From an uncultured Clostridia bacterium (GTDB lineage: Bacteria > Bacillota > Clostridia > Oscillospirales > Acutalibacteraceae), in the NCBI GenBank assembly GCA_946500295.1, contig CAMMVF010000014.1:959-64958 (forward strand): a DNA stretch of 64,000 nucleotides, written 5' to 3'. The notes below the pieces were generated by a model. The model had not been told where the DNA came from and ran no database searches. It was given only the letters and a program-made list of their open reading frames with translations. How positions within the stretch are numbered: the first letter of the stretch is position 1; each line of letters starts with the position of its first letter. Position numbers and translations under genes: made by a program. Of the stretch, positions 58,486 through 64,000 are shown piece after piece.

Positions 58486-58992
58486 TTATTCGTCGTCTGA
58501 GCTTACGCTCTCTTTAACAAACAGGGATTTTGCATTTTCAAACATTTTCTTAGGCCCGAGTATTATAAATATCAGCGATAAAATCACCGTCAGCGCAAGC
58601 AGGGCAAACCGCTCGGGAGTGCCGCAATGGAACTCAATTATTTTCCAAATTGTATCAACATCCCAAAGCAAAAACACGGCTATCGCTACGGCAAACACCG
58701 CCGCCACAAGCACCGCTCCCGCTGCTGCGTCCTTGGCAATTTTTATTAGAGGGTTGTACTCCTTGGAATACAAATCGCAAACCCTCTCTATGGCAGTGTT
58801 CACAAACTCAAGACCAATCACTAAAGCCATAGCGATTAGCAGCACTGCCATTTTAGCTGTCGATACATTATAGTAACTGAGAAAATAAAGCAGGTATATA
58901 CTGACTATAATATGCACCCGCAAATTTCTTTCATGGTTAATGGTGTACAATACACCAGAAAATGCGTACTTAAATCCCCGCAAAAACTTCAT
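58486..58992 (-). CDS. dgkA: Diacylglycerol kinase family protein
   Basis: FKYAFSG...ERNLRVH, EFVNTAIE..CD, AKDAAAGAV. Confidence 0.9.
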   Translation of the reverse strand: MKFLRGFKYAFSGVLYTINHERNLRVHIIVSIYLLYFLSYYNVSTAKMAVLLIAMALVIGLEFVNTAIERVCDLYSKEYNPLIKIAKDAAAGAVLVAAVFAVAIAVFLLWDVDTIWKIIEFHCGTPERFALLALTVILSLIFIILGPKKMFENAKSLFVKESVSSDDE

Positions 58993-59501
58993 TAGCCTCT
59001 CCTGTCGGCGTCAATTACATAGCTCGAGGAAGCGGGAAGCCCGAGCTGATCCATTACAAGCTCCTCCTTCTCTCTCATATGTACCCTGTCCATATTAGTC
59101 TCATGGTCATAGCCCAAAAGATGGAGCACGCTGTGAGCGGTCAAATACCCGACCTCTCTTTGCAGGCTGTGGTCGAAGCGCTTAGCCTGCTCAAGAGCCT
59201 TTTCCATTGAGATTACAACATCACCGAGTATCTGCGCTCCGGTTTCGGGGTCGATATCGTACTTGCCGTCCTCGCCCATTCCGAAGGAGAGCACATCTGT
59301 TACTTCATCCTTATTTCTGTATTGCTTATTGTACTCCTTAATCTGCTCGTTATCCACAAAGGTAACGCTGATTTCTGCGCTTCCCTTGAACTCCTCCAGC
59401 CTCAACACGGCGTTACAGCAGCGACGAACGAGCATTCTCATTCCCGTGGGAATTTTGACTGCCTTTTGCTTATTAGTAATAATTACTCTGATCTTATCCA
59501 A
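58992..59501 (-). CDS. ybeY: rRNA maturation RNase YbeY
   Basis: TDVLSF, LGDVVIS, HSVLHLLGYDH. Confidence 0.95.
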   Translation of the reverse strand: MDKIRVIITNKQKAVKIPTGMRMLVRRCCNAVLRLEEFKGSAEISVTFVDNEQIKEYNKQYRNKDEVTDVLSFGMGEDGKYDIDPETGAQILGDVVISMEKALEQAKRFDHSLQREVGYLTAHSVLHLLGYDHETNMDRVHMREKEELVMDQLGLPASSSYVIDADRRG

Positions 59502-59503
59502 TT

Positions 59504-60466
59504 TTATTTACCTCTTTTCGCCTGTTCTATTTTTTCGTAGGCCTTAATAATGTCCTGTACCAGAGAATGTCTGACAACATCCTTTTCGCTAAAGGTGATG
59601 TTTGCTATATCTCCGATACCACTGAGAATCCTGACGCTTTCCTTTAATCCCGACCTCACACCCCGAGGCAGGTCAATTTGGGTCACATCGCCTGTGATTA
59701 CCATTTTAGAATTAAATCCCAGTCTGGTCAAAAACATCTTCATCTGCTCGCCGGTTGTATTCTGTGCTTCGTCAAGAATGATGAAGCTGTCGTCAAGCGT
59801 TCGACCTCTCATATAAGCCAGAGGGGCTACTTCAATATTACCCCGCTCGACATATCTTTGGTAGGTCTCCGCTCCGAGCATATCAAACAGGGCGTCGTAA
59901 AGCGGACGAAGATACGGATCTACCTTGCTCTGCAAATCTCCCGGCAAAAATCCGAGCTTCTCGCCCGCCTCAACCGCAGGGCGGGTAAGGATAATTCGGT
60001 TGACCTGCTGAGAACGAAACGCTGTCACCGCCATTGCCACCGCAAGATAGGTTTTGCCCGTACCCGCAGGACCTATGCCAAAGGTGATGGTATTTTCCTT
60101 TATAGCGGCACAGTATTTTTTCTGACCAATGGTCTTGGGTCGCACCGGCTTGCCCTTTGCTGTAATGCAAACGCAGTCCCCTGCCAGTTGTTCTATCTTC
60201 TCTTCACTGCCCTCGTTGACAAGGGACATGCAGTAGCGAACATTCTGCTCACTCAGGGTCTCTCCCCTATTGATAAGAGACAGCAGGCTGTCAATGACCT
60301 TTGCCGCCTTCATCACTCCTTCGGGCTCACCTGAAATCTTGATATCCGACCCTCGGTTGATTACGCTCACGGCATACTCATTTTCAATGAGCTTGATGTT
60401 TTCGTCAAAACTGCCAAAGAGTGCAACTGCATGCTCCATCCTATCCACATTTACTACTTGCTCCAG
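59504..60466 (-). CDS. phoH: PhoH family ATPase (probable CTG start)
   Basis: GPAGTGKT, RPAVEAGE.LGFLPG, YMRGRTL, DEAQN; frame extends to CTG 60466 with an AAGGTG RBS. Confidence 0.92.
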   Translation of the reverse strand: MEQVVNVDRMEHAVALFGSFDENIKLIENEYAVSVINRGSDIKISGEPEGVMKAAKVIDSLLSLINRGETLSEQNVRYCMSLVNEGSEEKIEQLAGDCVCITAKGKPVRPKTIGQKKYCAAIKENTITFGIGPAGTGKTYLAVAMAVTAFRSQQVNRIILTRPAVEAGEKLGFLPGDLQSKVDPYLRPLYDALFDMLGAETYQRYVERGNIEVAPLAYMRGRTLDDSFIILDEAQNTTGEQMKMFLTRLGFNSKMVITGDVTQIDLPRGVRSGLKESVRILSGIGDIANITFSEKDVVRHSLVQDIIKAYEKIEQAKRGK

Positions 60467-60689
60467 AACACTTCACCTTCAAACCATAACTGAGAAAACT
60501 ATGAGATGTACACAATATAAATTCTATACACCTCTATTATCTGTCATTATAACACAGTATTCCCCTTCTGTCATTATATTTTACGGTTTTTTATGCCAAA
60601 TCCCTAAATTTTGTACAATTTCACCAATGCTTTTCTCTGCCTTATTTGCGTTTTAGAATAAATCCTGCAAAATAACCGTACTCTTCTTA

Positions 60690-60737
60690 ATCGAGTAGGA
60701 GGCTACCCATTAGTTGAGTAGCCGACCTCTCACACCA
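60690..60737 (-). pseudogene. Group II intron 3' end remnant (domain VI)
   Basis: Minus strand tggtgtgagaggtcggctactcaactaatgggtagcctcctactcgAT: DVI hairpin with bulged A and AY terminus; DV and RT ORF absent. Confidence 0.7.
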
Positions 60738-60984
60738 TATTGCGTGTCCAAATTGATACAATCAACATCTTGTGGCTATCGTTTTCCGATTTGTGAAATT
60801 GCTACAAGATATGCGATTTTTCATTCTTTGCCGCGCACCCACATGGTATTGGGTATCGTTTTTTGACTTGCAATTTCAGGCTGAACGACTGCCTTCTTTC
60901 CTATTAAAGAAAGGCTACCGTTTTTCGATTTGCTATCGTTTTCATTTTACATCAAATCTGCCTGAGAATCTACCACAGAGAAAG

Positions 60985-61019
60985 GCCCGGAACCAAACGC
61001 TCAGGATCTGGTTCCGGGC
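60985..61019 (-). terminator. Hairpin after the recombinase genes
   Basis: gcccggaacca / tggttccgggc. Confidence 0.55.
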
Positions 61020-61025
61020 ATATTT

Positions 61026-62603
61026 TTACATCTCCGTTGTGATTTCTGTCCCGTTCCTGAAAGTAAAGACCACCCTGCCGTCTGAATAGACCGTAGCGTA
61101 ATCGACTAACTGGTAGAACAGCCGGTCATCAAAGGCAAGCGGCAGTTCATGGATTTCTCCAAGCTCGAACAGAAATCCGCTGAAAATATCATATTTGAAT
61201 TCCCTTTCTTTCCGTTCTTTCTCCAGGCCGTTCATCCTGCTTTCCAGTGCGGCATACCGGCTGACATACCCGTCATACCGTTTCCGGTAATCGTTCTGGT
61301 CCATTTTCCTCGTGGCGTTTTCGTCTATCAGCTTCTGAATCAGCCCTGTGGTCACTTCCATTTCACTTCTGACCTCTTCCATCTCCCGGTTGATTGCCTC
61401 GCAGTCACCTAAAACGTGCATGACCGCCCGGCAGTCATCAATCAGGCTGTCCCTGTTCTCCATCAGGCTGCTCAACGCTTCCAGAAACAATTCCTGTATC
61501 CTCTGCTCGTACAGATGGGGCGTTGTGCATTTATGTTCTCCCTTGAACTTGGCATTGCACTGCCAGACTGTGCGCTTATATTTGCTGTTGGAATGCCAAA
61601 CCTTGGAGCCGAAGTATGCTCCGCAGTCCCCGCATTTCAGCTTAGCGGAAAACGGGCTGCAGCAATTGCTCCGGCCGGCTGCCCTCCGGCGTTCCATCTC
61701 CAATTGTACCAACTGCCACTCGGAAGGGGAAATGATGGCATCATGGCTGCCCTCCACATAATACTGCGGAACTTCCCCTTCGTTCGCCTTTCGTTTCTTG
61801 GAGAGGAAATCCACCGTGTAACACTTTTGCAGACGTGCATCGCCCTTGTACTTTTCATTCGTCAGGATATTTTCCACCGTCCGGTGCCGCCACCCGCTTT
61901 TTCCGGTCGGCGTGGGAATTTCCTGCTCCGTCAAATACTTTGCAATGGCATAAGGCGTTTTCCCCTGCATGAACATCCGGTAAATCAGCCTTACGGTTTC
62001 CGCCTCCTCCGGCACAATCTCCATCTGCCCATCCTCGCCTTTCTTGTATCCGAGGAAGGTGCTGTACGCAAGGCTGACTTTGCCGTCTGCAAAACGCTTT
62101 CTCTTTCCCCAGGTAACATTCTCCGAGATGGAGCGGGATTCTTCCTGCGCAAGGCTGCTCATGATGGTAATCAGCAGCTCGCCTTTGGAGTCAAATGTAA
62201 AAATGTTCTCTTTCTGGAAATAAACCTCCACGCCTCTTTCCTTCAACTTCCGAACCGTAGAAAGGCTGTCCACCGTATTCCTTGCGAACCGGGATACCGA
62301 TTTTGTCACAATCAGGTCTATCTTCCCATCCAGGGCGTCCTTTATCATCTCATTAAAGCCGTCCCTGTGACGGGTGTCAGTTGCACTGATCCCTTCATCC
62401 GTATATACTTTGACAAATTCCCATTCCGGCCGGGATTGGATGTAGCGGGTGTAATAATCAACCTGCGCTTCGTAGCTGGTCAACTGCTCCTCGCTGTCTG
62501 TGCTGACACGGGCATAACCCGCCGTTTTCCGCTTGGTTACCGCATCCTTCCGGATTCCGGTATGTATATTCCTTGTTGCAGGAATGACTGTCACATTAGC
62601 CAT
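61026..62603 (-). CDS. Large serine recombinase
   Basis: YARVST, DEGISAT, KSVSRFARN, CGDCG Zn ribbon, coiled coil; GGAGG RBS. Confidence 0.95.
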   Translation of the reverse strand: MANVTVIPATRNIHTGIRKDAVTKRKTAGYARVSTDSEEQLTSYEAQVDYYTRYIQSRPEWEFVKVYTDEGISATDTRHRDGFNEMIKDALDGKIDLIVTKSVSRFARNTVDSLSTVRKLKERGVEVYFQKENIFTFDSKGELLITIMSSLAQEESRSISENVTWGKRKRFADGKVSLAYSTFLGYKKGEDGQMEIVPEEAETVRLIYRMFMQGKTPYAIAKYLTEQEIPTPTGKSGWRHRTVENILTNEKYKGDARLQKCYTVDFLSKKRKANEGEVPQYYVEGSHDAIISPSEWQLVQLEMERRRAAGRSNCCSPFSAKLKCGDCGAYFGSKVWHSNSKYKRTVWQCNAKFKGEHKCTTPHLYEQRIQELFLEALSSLMENRDSLIDDCRAVMHVLGDCEAINREMEEVRSEMEVTTGLIQKLIDENATRKMDQNDYRKRYDGYVSRYAALESRMNGLEKERKEREFKYDIFSGFLFELGEIHELPLAFDDRLFYQLVDYATVYSDGRVVFTFRNGTEITTEM

Positions 62604-64000
62604 CGTTCTCCTCCTTCCCGCCGTTTTTTCTCATGGTCCTGACTTCCTTCATCCGCTGGCGCAGCATCTCCCGGTGTTCCGCAGAGGCTTCACGGTCACT
62701 CCAGTAGGCTTTCTTTTTTTCGCTTATGAGCCTGCGTTGTTCCTCCGTAAACTCATGTGTCTTCCAGTATTCCTTCATCCGCTCGCTCTGCTGGCGTTTC
62801 TGTTCATCAGTACGCTTCCGGCCAGAATTTTTTAGGCTAATCTGCCGTTTCTGCTCTTCTGTGCAGATATACTTGATTTCATGCTCCCTCCACTGTTTAA
62901 CGGTTTCTTTTCCGTCCTTCAAGCAGAATACCAAAGTGCGGTCTTTTTCCGCTCTGATAACCGTTATCTTGTCCCTGACGGCATCCTCCGTAACTTTACC
63001 ACCAATGACCTCCGCCGTCAGCCTGAAAAGTTCTTCCTCCGGGATAATCTCCGCGCCACAGCAATTCAATCCGTCTTTCCTCCGGGTGTGGCAGGTCCAG
63101 GTCCGGTATTTCGGGGACCCTGAGCGCACATAACTTTTCCCGCACCGGCTGCATTTTACCATGCTGGTAAACGGGTATCTCGCAGTAGATTTGTTTCCAT
63201 CCGGGCTTGCGAAATGCTCTGCTCTGCGCTGGATCTCCTCCTGCGCCCGGTTAAAGGTATCCATGTCAATGATAGCCTCGTGGGTACCCTGCGCATGGTA
63301 CATCGGTTTTTCCCCGTTGTTCTTGACGCTCCTTTTTGTGATGTAGTCTTCCCGGTAGGTCGTCTGCAGGATCAGATTCCCGGTATACGCATAATTACGC
63401 AGCAGCTTTAAAATGGGGCTCCTGCTCCACGAGTTTCCGAGCCGTGTTTTGATGCCCATTGCATTCAGGCGGTTCCGTATGGTTGTTGCACCGGCCCCTT
63501 CCAGATACCATGCAAAAATCATCCGTACCGTTTCCGCTTCCTCCGGCACAATCTCATACCGTCCGTTCACATTGCGGTAGCCGAGCAGGGTGCTGCTCCA
63601 CGGTTTGCCCTCCTCGAAATTCTTCTTGATGCGCCATTTCTGGTTCTCGCTGGCTGAGCGGCTTTCTTCCTGCGCATAGGACGCCAGGATCGTCAACATC
63701 AGTTCCCCGTCCGCGCTTAAGGAATGGATGTTCTGTTCTTCAAAGTAAACATCCACACCCAGCGTTTTCAGTTCCCGCACGGTCTCCAGGAGCGTGACCG
63801 TATTCCTGGCAAAGCGTGAGATGGATTTTGTGATGACCATGTCAATCTTTCCCGCCCTGCACTCTGAAAGCAGCCTTTTAAAATTCTTCCTGGAATCCTT
63901 GGTCCCGGTCACAGCCTCATCCGCATAGACGCCGGCGTATTCCCATCCGGCGTGGTTCTGGATCAGTTCACTGTAATAGCTCACCTGTGCCGCCAGGGAA
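62596..64000 (-). CDS. Large serine recombinase (5' end beyond window) with NUMOD3-like tail
   Basis: SLAAQVSYY, DEAVTG, KSISRFARN, CSRCG; tail TEEQKRQIS..SGRKRTDEQKRQQSE..FTEEQRRLISE. Confidence 0.92.
   Translation of the reverse strand, partial: SLAAQVSYYSELIQNHAGWEYAGVYADEAVTGTKDSRKNFKRLLSECRAGKIDMVITKSISRFARNTVTLLETVRELKTLGVDVYFEEQNIHSLSADGELMLTILASYAQEESRSASENQKWRIKKNFEEGKPWSSTLLGYRNVNGRYEIVPEEAETVRMIFAWYLEGAGATTIRNRLNAMGIKTRLGNSWSRSPILKLLRNYAYTGNLILQTTYREDYITKRSVKNNGEKPMYHAQGTHEAIIDMDTFNRAQEEIQRRAEHFASPDGNKSTARYPFTSMVKCSRCGKSYVRSGSPKYRTWTCHTRRKDGLNCCGAEIIPEEELFRLTAEVIGGKVTEDAVRDKITVIRAEKDRTLVFCLKDGKETVKQWREHEIKYICTEEQKRQISLKNSGRKRTDEQKRQQSERMKEYWKTHEFTEEQRRLISEKKKAYWSDREASAEHREMLRQRMKEVRTMRKNGGKEENDG

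Larger units (their letters stand above)
60738..64000. mobile_element. End of a prophage/ICE with tandem serine recombinases (extends beyond window)
   Basis: Two overlapping recombinase genes with different base composition; the att junction is not precisely located. Confidence 0.7.

Noticed and set aside
58367-58873. 168-aa plus-strand ORF
   Set aside because: Antisense to dgkA and its terminator; no RBS or recognisable motif.
61416-62642. 408-aa plus-strand ORF
   Set aside because: Antisense shadow of the serine recombinase gene; no motif or RBS.

Overview
Chromosomal window from a spore-forming Clostridia bacterium, probably Oscillospiraceae-like (inferred from gene content and order). 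(1) 1-5.9 kb: a collapsed siphovirus-type prophage remnant. Terminase, portal, HK97 capsid and HTH-Zn-finger fragments are joined by abrupt deletion junctions, with an intact Fic moron in between. (2) 5,990-27,925: an AT-rich ~21.9-kb integrative mobilizable element (AAA_25 helicase, MobC, relaxase, large serine recombinase). It appears to have split a tRNA-Leu(TAG) gene in the anticodon loop and carries its own intact replacement tRNA-Leu. Cargo includes an orphan RloA-like ATPase, a CIRCE-preceded small basic peptide upstream of YfbU and an unknown gene, a HaeIII-like type II R-M pair, and a LytTR/GHKL plus four-gene ABC module. A second, decayed attR-like scar 953 bp further right points to repeated or nested use of the site. 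(3) 29-60.5 kb: housekeeping backbone (spmAB, GerA-family, aspS-hisS, radC, pfkA, dnaE, whiA-rapZ-murB-PHP-hprK, alpha-amylase, MATE, SAM-I/metK, cca, era, dgkA-ybeY-phoH) with a small MerR/DUF4097 insertion. (4) 60.7-64 kb: a group II intron domain-VI remnant and the tandem large-serine-recombinase end of another element running off the window. All family assignments come from motif recognition by eye; no database searches were run.
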